DNA of 62,892 nt, counting the filler, from Nemertoderma westbladi (lineage: Eukaryota; Animalia; Xenacoelomorpha), in the NCBI GenBank assembly GCA_032718475.1. It is 3 parts of 3 records of this genome, joined end to end, with 100 filler letters (N's around TTAATTAATTAA, not from the genome) between each part and the next. Parts side by side here need not be neighbours in the genome. Positions count along the whole stretch, not along the records: positions 1 to 15,108 come from JAUCBJ010005490.1; 2 more parts are not named here. One strand, written 5' to 3'. Every line of letters starts with the position of its first letter. Position 1 is the first letter of the stretch. The position numbers were made by a program, and so were the translations under genes. Positions 1-12,554 of the stretch are shown here, piece by piece. A model generated the notes under the pieces. The model worked only from the letters and a program-made list of their open reading frames with translations. It did no database searches and was not told where the DNA came from.

Positions 1-741
1 CCTCATTAACTAATCTTAACTACTCACTTAATTTAATTGCATTAATCATATTGTTTGTACTGTTATTTTACCGTCAGTTATTAATTGTACCTATTTGTTG
101 ATGGAAATATTGCTCTTTGGATAATACGGATAAATCACCCAAATTCCCAATTTTCTTGATGCACTACAGGTTAGAGAGACCGGTTATACATAACAATTGC
201 GATTTATATTAATGTGGTGTGTATTGAATCCAATGTTATTTAGCAGACCCTACGTGAGTCAATTGCTGCTCTCTTTATGTGTGATCAAATATACTGACTG
301 TCGGCAGAATAGTGTGTATGATTGTGATTGGTAACAAAGTATTTCCTAAAGAATACGCTTTATACTTTAATCATAAGCAGTATCGTTGCGTTTTAGTATA
401 AGTCTTAGTTCTGTTTAAATAGATAAAGCGCCACGTCCTAAAGGAACTGTTAATATTTCCCGAAAGCCAATAATACCTGTCAGAGATTAATTATTGACGA
501 AATATCGAATAATACAGTAGGTATACACTGCAACCTTACACTGCAATAATAAAATTTAAGCATCCGAATTCAGTCTCCCGGGTGTAGATCCATCGGGTGA
601 ATGATCGCGCATGGGCTGACTTCGGCTAATGTTTTGTGTATTAGCATAAATTGTTGTCGTATGCTAAAGGTGTTTTAATTAACGAAAAGACATATAAATT
701 TTGGCAGGTTAAACTGCTAAAGGTCTTCAAAAGCGCGAACA
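1..741 (+). mobile_element. Partial LTR (3' portion) of Bel/Pao family A (diverged copy A0), inserted into another Bel/Pao pol
   Basis: Shares blocks with the LTRs at 18295 and 42683 (GGTTAGAGAGACCGG, GCGCCACGTCCTAAAGGAACTGTTAATATTTCCCGAAAG) and ends in the same GTTAAACTGCTAAAGGTC..AAAGCGCGAACA terminus. Pol-coding sequence follows immediately. Confidence 0.85.
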
Positions 742-2610
742 ACATCTGTCAGCGAATGGCCATTTCAGAAACCATTCGATGGTATTTCGAATACTAATAT
801 TGTTACTATGGAGAATAATACTGATTCTGATTGTTGCGAATCAGCTGTAACACCCTTACTTGATATTACTAACTATAACCTCTATACAAATTCTAAACTT
901 GGACAAATACTGTACCGTGACTACACTGGGTATACCAAACTGTTACACGTAACTGGTTTCGTATTAAAGTTTGTTAAATGTCTTAAAGAAAGTATTAAAG
1001 ACAAACAATCGAAACTGAAAGTAAATCATGTGTCATTAAGAAGTAAGAATGAGTTACCAATCCTTACGGTAGAGGATATTAATGCCGCTGAGCTATATTT
1101 GGTGCGATGTGTACAATTAGAGACGTTTCCTAAGGAAATTATTTACCTGTCTGAGTAACAACGAGATAGTTCTCAATATCACAAGGTTCCTAATTTAGTT
1201 ACCCAACTCCAATTATTCTTAGTGAATGGAGTCATTCATTCAAAGGGTAGGATTGAAATGGCTGACCTCAGTTGGAATGCCAAGTTTCCTATTCTACTTC
1301 CAAGTAAACACAAACTAACTGAACTAATTATTCTAGATTCACATAGATGTGCTATGCATATGCATGTAGGTGTATCACAAACTATCACTTATTTGCGTCA
1401 GAAGTGGTGGATCCCTCGCATAAGACAGCAAGTTTCTTCTCTATTGTCAAAATGCTGGACCTGCCTAAGAGTAGAAGGTCGATCTTATCCTATCCCTCCT
1501 GCACCACCTCTTCCATCGTTTCGAGTACAGTTATCACATCCCTTTGAGAAAACCGGCGTCGATTATACTGGTTGCTTACACATCAAAGAGTTAGATACCT
1601 CATGTAAAGCATATATTGCTTTATTTACTTGCGTTGCTTGTAGAGCTATTCATTTAGAATGTGTCCATGACAATAGTACTGATGCCTTTTTACTTGCATT
1701 CCATCGATTTGTTGGTCGACGAGGTTGCCCTAAGCGGTTCTACGACTTTTGTTTCTGCAGATTTATATTTGCAGGAACTGCAAGTTTCTTCGAAGGTTCA
1801 AGGTTATTTATTGTCACATCGTATTGTCTGGGGCTTTATTCCTCCAGGGTCTCCTTGGATGGATTTTAGGACTATGGGAACGATTAAGATCACTAAGTTA
1901 ATTTTGAAGAAAATTTATTATTTTTTTTTTCGAGCATTTATTTCTTTTGAAGAATTACAAACAATTACCGTGGAGATCGAAGCGAACATCAACGATTGAC
2001 CACTCACTTATGTATGTTCCGATCGTTTAGAACCATTGACCCCTTCTCATCTTCTCCATGGACATAGGCTAGTTTGTTTCCCACATATTCACAATATTGA
2101 CGACGATTATGTCAATGATCCAAGCTATGGTGCTAGTGATGTCTAATCAAAACGTCATTTATATTGTTCATTTATATGTGTTCATTAATCAACAAATTTC
2201 AAGATTGTTGGAACCTCTCTTCGTGAATACCATTATTGATAGGATTCTTCATTGCCTAGACAACACCCATATGTTGGTGACATAGTGCAGATTGGCAGTA
2301 ATCTTCCTCGAGTGCAATGGCCTCTTGGTGAAATTATACAACTGAACACAGGCAAAGATGGTTGGGTTCGATCTGTACAACTAAAAACCGCAAATGGTAT
2401 TTCAATACGACTGATCAAACGTTTATATCCACTGGAGTGTTCATATAATCAGGTTGAGGAACCTGAAGTTTAAAATTTGAGTTATAAAGACATTACACAC
2501 ATTACAACACAACCCGTAATTGCATCATCACGTCCTAAATGGAGGACAGCGTTGGTAGCTAGGGAGAAAATTGCTAACCAATGCGACGAATTAAATGATG
2601 ATTCCGATTA
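742..2610 (+). pseudogene. Decayed Bel/Pao pol 3' half: RNase H-integrase linker, HHCC zinc finger, integrase core, DUF5641-like C-terminus
   Basis: ORF fragments 808-1158, 1222-1869, 1661-1999 and 2252-2473 carry Pao motifs: KFPILLP..H.LT.LII, H..H.G...T...LRQKWWI..C..C, GVDYTG, CRAIHLE, FVGRRGCP, LTPSHLL.G, WPLGEI...G.DG.VRSV, RLYPLE. Multiple stops and frameshifts. Confidence 0.92.
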
Positions 2611-4968
2611 GTTTTATGATATTCTACGAAAGTTTATAATTCTTTTTATCAAACTGTGATTATTTTTGAGAATGACATATTTTGAGAATATTATTAAAAC
2701 ACGGTGGTATATTTTGCTAGTAGGTATTTCTGTTTACATTTAATTTAATGCCATTTTTTGTTAACATATTTACTTGACAATTTGGTATCTTTTCATATTT
2801 GGCTGACTGTAAACATTTAAATTAATTTTTGTTAAATTCTCAGTATTATGGCTTATGTGACCTTAATTGGTAGATAAATATAATTATATGGAATTATTAT
2901 AGGTAATTGTATGGAATAAAAAATTACATCCTATTACTCGATGTAAAGATAAGAACCGAAACCACAAAATGTTCTCACTTCGGATCTCGAGAGTCTAGAA
3001 ATTCTTCGCTGGATACGCTAATATCCAGGGGTTCGAAGGTCTAATAGGTCGAGCCGTTCTAAATGCGGTCTCAACTACCGGTCTAATTTTACTCAGTAGT
3101 CTTCCCACTAAGTCACGCCAACCACTGCTAAACCCCAGCGAACAGCGGATGAATCGAATGATCTTCTTATTCTCGGGCATACAGCTGTTGCTAACTAGTT
3201 CAGGGTACGCACTGGGGCGTGGGCTAATTTAATTTTTTTAATAATTTTATCTGAAAATATCTAATAATAAGTCTGAATACAGAATGCGCTAAACCTGGGT
3301 CAAACATCTGTCAATACAGTAGTACCGGATTACCGACGTGTCAAGTGTGTGTCTATATACAGTCCAACCTTCATGCAATCAACTCCTCAAAATAAATGAA
3401 TGAAAACGTTCTAGCTATTATTTTGTCCGCAAAAGAGAAAGTACTAAGAATGTGCTGACTGGTTTTATTCCAATCACTTAACTTATGTACTAAAATAAAA
3501 TAAATGAGAGAAATTAAACCCCAATGGTACCCAATCCGGCAAAACTAATGCAAATGAGAACTAGTCATTTATTTTAAGTCGGCTAAGCTGGCGCACGAAG
3601 CGTCTATTAAACCCAACCTTTACCTAGATAATGCGCTAATGCTCCGCAAATACCTAAGTATTGCAGTCCAAATTTAAATAATATTAAAGGCGCGTTTATT
3701 GCGTTTCTACTTGGACTTGGTTATCTAGATTGGCGTAGTTTGTCATCTTGTCCACCTGCTCCCAAACGCGCTCCTGGTAGGCACTTCCCTAAGCCACCTA
3801 CTCCATCATGCAGAGTGTCATTCTACAAGTAAGCCGGTTTAGAGTACTGCAAAGGCAGTAGGGGAAAAACAATAACATTGGCAGACAGCTTACATAATAA
3901 TTCAATCAGTCACTCACGGTAATAATTGCGGAAAAAACAAGAAAAATTCCGCACACAACAGCTAATCATAACTATCAGCTAACACCAACTGAAAACTAGT
4001 AAGAGAAAGAATACAGTGAGTGAGTCACCCACAGTAAAGCACAAAAGTTCCTACCATTAAGGCAACCGGGATGGATAAACCAATGAGTGAACAGGTAACC
4101 CTCTCCCCAGAATTATTCCCATATACGGCCATGAAAGTGCTTTCTAGTAGACCTGTACACAAGCTATTACGTAATAGTGAATTCTTAGTGAATAGTGAAA
4201 TAGTGAATAGTGTATTATTGTGGCCATACATTTTACTATCAAAATTCGGTTGCGGTGATATTCCTATTAAATATACACTGCAAACAACAATGTGTTAACT
4301 ATGAATACAAATATTACGCCCAAGTGAATATAAATTCACCCAATTAATGTTCCTCTGTCCCTAATATGACCTAAAATGACCCTGAGGAAAATTATCCTCT
4401 CCCCAATTTCCCGTAATATCTATTAAGATTTTTTATGTAAATACCAAATACAATAATACATGCAGTAATACTGTATTACTTCAATGTTCCTCCGAATAGC
4501 ACTAATATCATTTATCTAAGAAAATCGTAAAAAATTCGAGTCTGTTTCTTACTTACTAAATATCGGACGATTACGAACTAAATAATTTATAAACGATTGC
4601 CTAGGTATTTTAACACTCGACTTCCTTTCACAAGGTGGTTATTATTTCTCTCATCACAATTTCACATATCCTACAACTAAACTAAGGACATCTTATTATT
4701 TTGAGTTAATGGTATAAACCCACAAAAACCAAGTATTTGTTTAGTGGGTTTAAAAAGTAATTTTAATTTAATTCAAAATATTAAGGTTACAGTGGCGGTG
4801 TTTTCTAACAAAAACAATAAACAAAACTTTATTTCATATGCGACCAAATTGCGCTGGAGGGAGACCAACTTTTTTTAATGTACGCCGCTATCTGATTATT
4901 TAACGAAGTCAATATATTTAGCTACTGTAAAATAAAAACGGGTCAGCAATTAAAAAAATTACTTACAT

Positions 4969-5057
4969 TATTTCAGTACAATACAGTACATACAATACAT
5001 TACAGTATTTCAGTACAATACAGTACATACAATACATTACAGTATTTCAGTACAATA
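4969..5057. repeat. Short 37-bp tandem repeat (about 2.4 copies)
   Basis: TATTTCAGTACAATA recurs at 4969, 5006 and 5043. Confidence 0.8.
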
Positions 5058-6119
5058 TGAACAATATAAATTGATTGAAACTGATAAGCTTTTCAGTTTT
5101 CCTGACAGATTATTTTAATTCAGTGGCGTAAGATTTCCAATGGATACTATCAGCACATTCTACCACACGCACCAAACCTATTCTTGAGATTGGATCTTTC
5201 CTTAATCGCTGCTTACCGTTTCAGCACAGAACTTTGACAAACGCGCGCCCGTTGGATGAAATATTTATAAAATCACTTATCTACAACATTTATCTCTATA
5301 ACTATTCACTTGGGAATCTTATCAATAGTAAAATAAATTAAATATATGGATCTTTGCGGAAGGCAAGGGAATTTCCGGTTTCTTCCCTGCGGGGTAATTT
5401 ATAGATTGTATGATGATATCACCATAACCAACATTGCACACAGGAAACACAGGGTGCAATGCAAGTACACGAATAATCAATATTCCTGTAATTACATTGA
5501 AAATTGTTTCCTTGGCGAATTGTAGAAACTTTCAACCATAAATTATATAATTTTTTAGGAAAACAATTTTTACGAAATTTGAAATTTATCCCTTTGGTGT
5601 AGATATCGTCAAATGGAATAATAACAAAACAGTCTGGAAATTTTTAAGCGTAACAAAACATTATTTTGTTGGCATAATTATGTAGAGAAACAAATAAAAT
5701 ATGATCCCAGCAGTGGACATAATAAATACTCATCCGTGGTGCCTGGATGGTAGGTAGGGCAAGGTTTTGTAATAAGATGTTTCCGATGTTGTACAATGTT
5801 GAACAATTAAGGGAAAATTGTATCCTATACCATGAAAACTGAACCGTAAATGGTAGTCATGGAATTTAAATACATAGATGCTGCATGTTTTCGTTCGTAA
5901 ATCAAACCCGTGGGGTTTGCACGATGTACTCTGCATGCACTTTACAGAGTACCGGTACCATTACAATGTAGTTTCAAAAGTGTTGTTCCAATAGAGGATA
6001 AATTTCCCAATTGAATGAATACATATAAAATTTTATTATAAATAAAGGAAATATAATGGAAAGAATCGATCTACAAACTGTTAGTCGTTTTCAAGTTTAG
6101 CGAACCAACTGAATGAAGC

Positions 6120-6632
6120 ATGAATCTCGCATCAAACTATATCATTCAACCAGTAGCAGTTGACACCCTTGGTGGTCTGGGCCCCAGCACCTTTGATTTC
6201 CTTCGGAACATAGGTCTCAGGCTCTAATGTGAGTGGCATCCTCCAATCCACCAGGTATCTTCGGCAAATGATTGGAATTTCAGTGTAGATAGGTAACGGC
6301 AACTGCGCCTGCATTAAAGAGCTGTTTCTTACCGCGAGGCCTTACTCCTAAATTGCCATTACTCCTAACTTCTTGATCAACAATTATTATACCTACAGTA
6401 GTCATTACATGCCATAATGTCCATCCCTTCCGAAACTTTCCAATATATTTGTCCCCGTTTTTTTTTCTTTTTTTTTGTGTGACATATTTTTTATTACACT
6501 TGTTGGGTTAAAAATTACATTGTTTGTGCATGTGCATTAATAATTAATTTTAATATTAACTCTGTAGCTATTCTTCAATAATGTTTCATTATTTAGTGAA
6601 TTATAATAAATTTATTAATTACCAATAAAAAA
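6120..6632 (+). mobile_element. 3' end of a CRE-like (restriction-like endonuclease) non-LTR retrotransposon, 5'-truncated and decayed
   Basis: Manual translation gives NYIIQPVAVDTLGGLGPSTFDFLRNIGLRL*..SG...STRYLRQMIGISV*IGN..CI, matching the C-terminal REL-endonuclease pattern F.PVAVETLG..G....FL..LG..L...FL.QR.S.A.QRGNA.CI. An AT-rich 3' UTR ends in AATAAAAAA. Confidence 0.7.
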
Positions 6633-7117
6633 GTTTATAATATATCAACGTTATAAAACAAAATGAATGAAGAAGTAATTTTATAGGATTTTTTAAGTAA
6701 ATGTTTTTAATTAATTTCTTATGGATGGAGCGCGGCCATATTCCATATTCCATCCAGTGGCTTCCGAGACACTTACCGAGCCACCCCAGTCCAAAGACGG
6801 GAGATCGGTTCCTGCCTCCACACCGTCACACAGGAACCCCTCTACCACAGGTTCCTTCTACAGTTGATCCTGGTATAGCTCACCCGCTCACTTCGACCTG
6901 AGGGAAGGCCACGCCAACGCGTCAGGAATGGGCAATATATCCATTGATACTGTAGACAGATATTGTAAAACCTAACTAAAATATAAAATAAAAAAAAACA
7001 TGAAAATATAAAATGCTTACAAGTTAACTAACTTCTTCTTTATTAACCTCATCCAACCATATCGTACGCAACTCACTTCAGAAATGTCCTATCACTTCCA
7101 GTCCTATGCGTTACCTC

Positions 7118-8301
7118 ACTTAAAAGTGTCCGCGTCTGTACTCCAAGAAATTTTAATTGGCGATATCTCCTTTGCTGAAGTGAAGGCTGCTGCAAAGAGC
7201 ATTAAGACCAATCGAGCCAGTGGAGTAGACGGTATCCTCCCTGAGGTCTTTAAAATACCTTGAGTGTTTGAAGCATCATAGTAGACATGTACAGAACGAC
7301 AAGAGTCCCAAAAGAAATGAAAACAAATAAAGTTAGTGCCAGTTCCCAAGAAGGGCAACCTAACACTCTCTGGTTATTTTCGTGGAATCTCACTGATCTC
7401 AATTGCTGCGAAGCTTTGCAATAGAATCGCATCAGGGATCCCATTGAAAGACAGCTCCGTGGAAATCATAATGGGTTCCGTAAAGGTCGTGGGACCATGG
7501 AGCCCATTTTGGCACTTAGACGGATAATTGAAGAGTTATCAAAAAAGAAAGACAGGCATCTGGCTGTTATCTTTGTTGACTTCTTCAAGGCCTTTGATTC
7601 AGTCTCTCGCTCACGTATGCTCAGCATACTTTCATTATATGGGATTCCTGTTGAAATTCGCAGCAATCAGCAATCACCAATCAGATAAGTATACGATGGT
7701 TCGATGACATTTGTGTGTACTGTTGATGGTGACACAGAACCATTCGAAGTGTTATGGGGAGTCCTCCAGGGAAACACACTTGCACCATTCTTGTTCATAA
7801 TTGTGGTTGACTATATTCTATGCATGTCCTTATATCATCATAATGATGATGGGGTGATGGTAACTCCACCTACTGGCTCCAGAAGTCGAGGAATCCTGCC
7901 AAGTACCTAACTGATCAAGACATTGCTGAAGACTTAGGAGTACTCTCAGAATCAAACGAGGGAGCACTATGGCTACTCAGCTCATTAGAACAGGCTGCTT
8001 CTAGTGTTGGTCTCTTTGTTAACTCCCAATATACCAAAATTTTGACTGTTTGAAAATTCTCAGCAAATCTCTGATCGGATGAGCATAAGCTCAAAGGATG
8101 GTATGCTTGAGCACATGGACGACTTCTGTTACCAGGGATCATGGATCCGGAAGTCAGGTGAGGATCTTCGAATACGTAAGGGAAAGGCATGGGCAGCCTT
8201 GAATAGGCATTCCAGGATGGAAGTCACACAGAATTCATTGGAAACTCAAGATCTTATTATTTACAGCAGGACTAGTTCCAGTACTCTTCTATGGGAGTCC
8301 A
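7118..8301 (+). mobile_element. Decayed RTE-type LINE reverse transcriptase fragment
   Basis: Closely similar to 37465-38635 (PVPKKGNL, RGISL, FRKGRGT, FVDFFKAFDSV, GVLQG.TLAPFLFIIVVD). Frameshifted and truncated at both ends. Confidence 0.9.
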
Positions 8302-8722
8302 ACTTTTTCTTGTGAAAATTTCTTTTATTATGACGTTTTTTGTTCTAGAACAAATATTTGGCCCTCTGACAAAAATATGGTAGCTAGTAAATTTGATTTT
8401 GTGTTAGCTAGTACTTTTTATTACCTAGTGAAAAAAATTATAATTGAAATTTATTCCTGAAATACATTTGTCAATAAGAATAAGAAATATATAAGCATTA
8501 CTATAAGAAATAAAATATTCTTTAAGTAATTTAAAATTTATTTTATTTATGTAACCATAGCAACAAAAATATATAATTCTAGAATAAAATCCATAATACA
8601 AAGCCAAACAACATGTCAAAAATATGTTAATCTAAAATGAAAAAAATAAAATAAAATCCAAAATTTGGGCATAGATACAATACTAATGCCGTTTATACTA
8701 TGTAATCTAAACCCTCAAGTTA

Positions 8723-8870
8723 GGCCCCCCTCACACGACAGCACGTTAGAGCAAATTGTTACTGGACTCCTCACACACAGAAACAAGTTTCGGAAACAAG
8801 TTGCAGCAACAAGTTTCTGTGTGTGAGGGGATCCAGCAACAAGTTTCAGAAACAAGTTGCTCCGTGTGCC
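8723..8870. mobile_element. Short PIF/Harbinger-type MITE
   Basis: Flanked by TTA..TTA. Ends are GGCCCCCCTCACACG and CCGTGTGCC (right TIR partly deleted). Internal inverted CCTCACACACAGAAAC/GTTTCTGTGTGTGAGG and repeated AACAAGTT motifs. Confidence 0.6.
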
Positions 8871-9030
8871 TTAGTTAGAAAGTTCCTGCTGCATGGCTTA
8901 TTATAATTTAGAACGCCTTTGGGTTGGAGTGCCGTTTTAAACTGAAACATCCCAGATGTTTGGTACACCATATAGCGGTAATACTACCAGTATATTTCCA
9001 CCTTTAGCCAATAGCGCACACAATTTTATG

Positions 9031-9430
9031 ATGGCAAAACGAGCGAGAAAGGAAGCTTTCTCGCAGGAGGAAATGACAGCATTAGTTACGGGTTTTGCAA
9101 TTAATATTGAGATTATAATAAGCAAGCACTCAAGCGATGTTACGCAGAAACAAACGTGGAAAAAACCAGACATTAGAAAATGTTAAAGACAAATGGTCCA
9201 ATTTAAAGAAAGGGTTGAAGAAGAAGGCCACAGATTTCATTAGAGGTGAAAACAGGTGATAAGGAGAACCGGGGGAGGGGGGGGGGGGGGGGGGAAGAAA
9301 TAGGGACCCTTGAACGTATCCTTAGTGACATCGAGTTAATAGTGTATCGAGAATTGCCACCTGAAACGGTGATGGGTATTCTGTGGGGCATCCAGACGGG
9401 GTCACTGCAGAATGTTGAAGTTGATGATGG
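9031..9430 (+). pseudogene. Myb/SANT-like (trihelix) DNA-binding ORF of a Harbinger transposon, frameshifted
   Basis: MAKRARKEAFSQEEMTALV...IIISKHSSDVTQKQTWK../..RTLENVKDKWSNLK..LKKK...KTG is the Myb_DNA-bind_5/NAIF1-like pattern. Convergent with the Harbinger transposase remnant. Confidence 0.75.
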
Positions 9431-9859
9431 GAGTGACATAGGAGAGGAGATTACTACTGGTAGGACATGTATGGTGGAGCAAGGACCGTACAACATCCAA
9501 CAGACAAGCCATTCAGGCTTGTCTGGATGTCTGTCTTGGTTAATATATATGAAGGATTAAATGACCGTCCTCGGTGGGTATCCACTAAAAAACATATGAT
9601 GCCACACGATTATTACCAAAAGATGTTGGTGATAGAAGGAAAGAAGGTGAAGATTATGTAGAAGGAGTGTCAATTGCGCAAAACATATTTCGATGAGAAA
9701 ATGTTGTACTACTGGGTGCGAAATCGTCAACAACGTTCTATATCACCCACCTTAGCCAATGGCCCTATCCACAATTTTGTCAAACATCCTCGCCAGAAGT
9801 TCAACCACACCATAACAACTTCATCAAATATTCCAGCCTCAAGTTCAACCACCCCAACA

Positions 9860-10680
9860 ACAACTTCATGAAACATCCCAGCCTCAAGTTCAACCACCCC
9901 AACAACAACTTCATCAAACGTCAATGGCAGATGCCCTAACTTCTGGGTCTTCAGTGCTGTGCTTCTGGCCCCAATTATGGAGACAAGCGCAAGCCATTAT
10001 TATCTTTGATGCACTCTCTGGTGCAAAGTTGATTCCTCTTTCTAGCACACGAAACCGCATTTTCAGGGCACCATTACACCTTTCGATAGACGACCTGGCC
10101 CGTTTATGGGCCAAATTGTTACGTTCTTCGGGTCTGCCATTCGGATAGTCGAACAGCGTAAGAAGCCAACTTGAAATGGGATAGCAACCAACCACCCCCA
10201 ACTCCCAGCTCTGCGATCCCAGCTCTGCGATTGACGAAGCATTAAGGCATCATGTGTAGATCCAGGCCATTTCGTGCTTACATCGAATAGCTCTAAGCTC
10301 CACTAAGGTTGCAGACAAAGTGGTAGTTAATTGAATGAAATTGCTTGCAATTTATGAATGCCGATTCAATGTATGGAGACGCTGGACTTGCTATATGTAC
10401 ATGACAGCCATCGACTACGCCTACAATCTGGGGGAAACATGAGTATGCGAATTATTGTTCCATATTGTGTGACATTTCGACAGAAGTAGGCCACTTTATG
10501 AAATCTGAGTACCTATCACATGTTGCACGAATTCACTGCGATCAAAAATGCCATTTATATCACCAATAACGGGAAGGAAACCACCATGTGCATAATATCG
10601 GAGAGCAGTGCATATTTGACTTTCTACAGACATACTCTCTGACCATTATGTTTAGATTTGCAGCTTTCCTCCACATTTCA
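9860..10680 (-). pseudogene. Harbinger (HARBI1-like DDE) transposase remnant
   Basis: Minus-strand translation shows ALRYYAHG, FPQIVGVVDGCHVHI, N.KQFHSIN, KWPGSTHD, YP...WLLT, HKRARSSIERCNGALKMRFRVL and IIMACACLHN, with deletions and frameshifts. Confidence 0.88.
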
Positions 10681-10857
10681 AAATGTTATTAAAAAATATT
10701 TTAACAAATTGTAATAAAACTATTAAGATTAAGATTATTAATTAGAATTAATTTTACTTTTCCACACAATAATTATATATAACTTGGAAAAATGAGCAGA
10801 GGTACAAACTGACACATGGTACTACTACTAACAAATATAGAGATACTAACAAATATG

Positions 10858-12554
10858 GTACTACTTTGTTTTTGGCACCCCCCCCCCCCCTCTCCTCCTC
10901 ATTATACTAGCTAGTATATGTAACTTTTTAAAAAAATGTTCTAGAATATATTATCTATTCATTTAATATAATAAAATCTGTTCTAGAACAAATATTTTTT
11001 TTGTTTCAGAAAAAAAAGAGAAAAAAAACTCGCTAATTTGTTAATCATTTTAATTTTATATTGTATGTTATCTTTGTAGAAATTTTTTATAGTTAGCTAG
11101 TTTTTGTTTCCTTTTTTAAAATGTTCTAGAGCATATTATATATTCATTTAATATGAAAATTTTGTTCTAGAACAAATATTTTTTGTTCTAGAACAAAAAA
11201 CTAGCTAATTTGTTAATTTTTTATTATATGTTATCTTTGTATCACATTTTAATAAAAATCACTAGCTACAATGAAAATTTGTAGTTTGCTAGTACATCAT
11301 GTCCCGTAATATAGTGTCATTTTCTGATGACACGGACCCCCCCCCCCCCCCCAGATTTTTCTACAAATCTTTATCATATTGCTTGAAATTTGAAACACAA
11401 CTAGTTCCACTCACCGTCGATGACCCCATGAAGCCGGAATTTTCGATTTTGCCTTTAAATTTTTTTTATAAGCGTTTTAAAAAAGTGTCTTTTGCGAAAT
11501 CGCACCCTCCGTATCGTGGCCATTCTTCACATTAGTCGTAATTTTTTCATATCATTAGAAAGCTTGCGTTGCAAGGATTCCAAATATGTAACAATATCTG
11601 AATTTCGTTGAGAAACAGCTGAGATATAGGCGTTCAAAGATTGCAAGAATTATTGTTCGCTGAAGGCCATTTATTCTATTTAATAAATACACAATGTTCT
11701 GGAACATTTTGTTTAAGTATGAATAGCTACGCAATAGATATATTGGATAGGAATACCGCTGTTGCCAACCAACTTATAAAATAAATAACACATTCTAGAA
11801 TTTTGTGTATTTATTAAATAGAATAAATGGCCTGCAGCGAACGATAATTCTTGCAATCTTTGAACGCCTATATCTCAGCTGTTTCTCAACGAAATTCAGA
11901 TATTGTTACATATTTGGAATCCTTGCAACGCAAGCTTTTTAATGATATGAAAAAATTACGACTAATGTGAAGAATGGCCACGATACGGAGGGTGCGATTT
12001 CGCAAAAGACACTTTTTTAAAACGCTTATAAAAAAAATTTAAAGGCAAAATCGAAAATTCCGGCTTCAGGGGTCATCGACGGTGATGGAACTAGTGTCAA
12101 ATTTCAAGCAATATGATAAAGATTTGTAGAAAAATCTGGGGGGGGGGGGTCCGTGTCATCAGAAAATGACACTATATTACGGGACATGGTGTAATTGTTA
12201 TTAACACTTACAAATAAAAAAAACCACAAAAAAACAAATTTTTAAATATGTTCTAGAACAAAAAATATTTGTTCTAGATCATTACTTTTTACAATTTAAA
12301 TAGATGATATGTTCTAGAACATTTAAAAAAAGTAAGCTAAACTGGCTTTGATAACAACGAAACACCTAACTAATTAATTTTGTTCTAGAGCAACAATTAT
12401 TTGTTCTAGAACAAAATTAATAAAAAAATGAATAGACAATATGTTCTAGAACATTTTTAAAGTAACAAATTAACAAAAACTTGCTATGTAAAAAAAAAAT
12501 TATTTTTTTTTTGGGGGGGGGGGGGGGGGTGGGGTGCCCAAAACACAGTAGTAC
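10858..12554. mobile_element. Outer fold-back (MITE-like) element with repeated TGTTCTAGAACA palindromes
   Basis: Ends GTACTACTTTGTTTTTGGCACCCC and GGGGTGCCCAAAACACAGTAGTAC are inverted. Arms carry many TGTTCTAGAACA/ATATTT units in mirrored arrangement. A related fragment lies at about 8310-8670. Confidence 0.7.
11295..12191. mobile_element. Inner fold-back MITE, about 400-bp near-perfect TIRs, TA target duplication (Tc1/mariner-type)
   Basis: 11295-~11705 is the reverse complement of ~11790-12191 (CATCATGTCCCGTAATATAGTGTCA ... TGACACTATATTACGGGACATGGTG). TA on both sides. Confidence 0.9.

Noticed and set aside
6700-6960. GC-richer island that might be an exon
   Set aside because: Stops in the plausible minus-strand frame and no recognisable motif in the plus-strand ORF.
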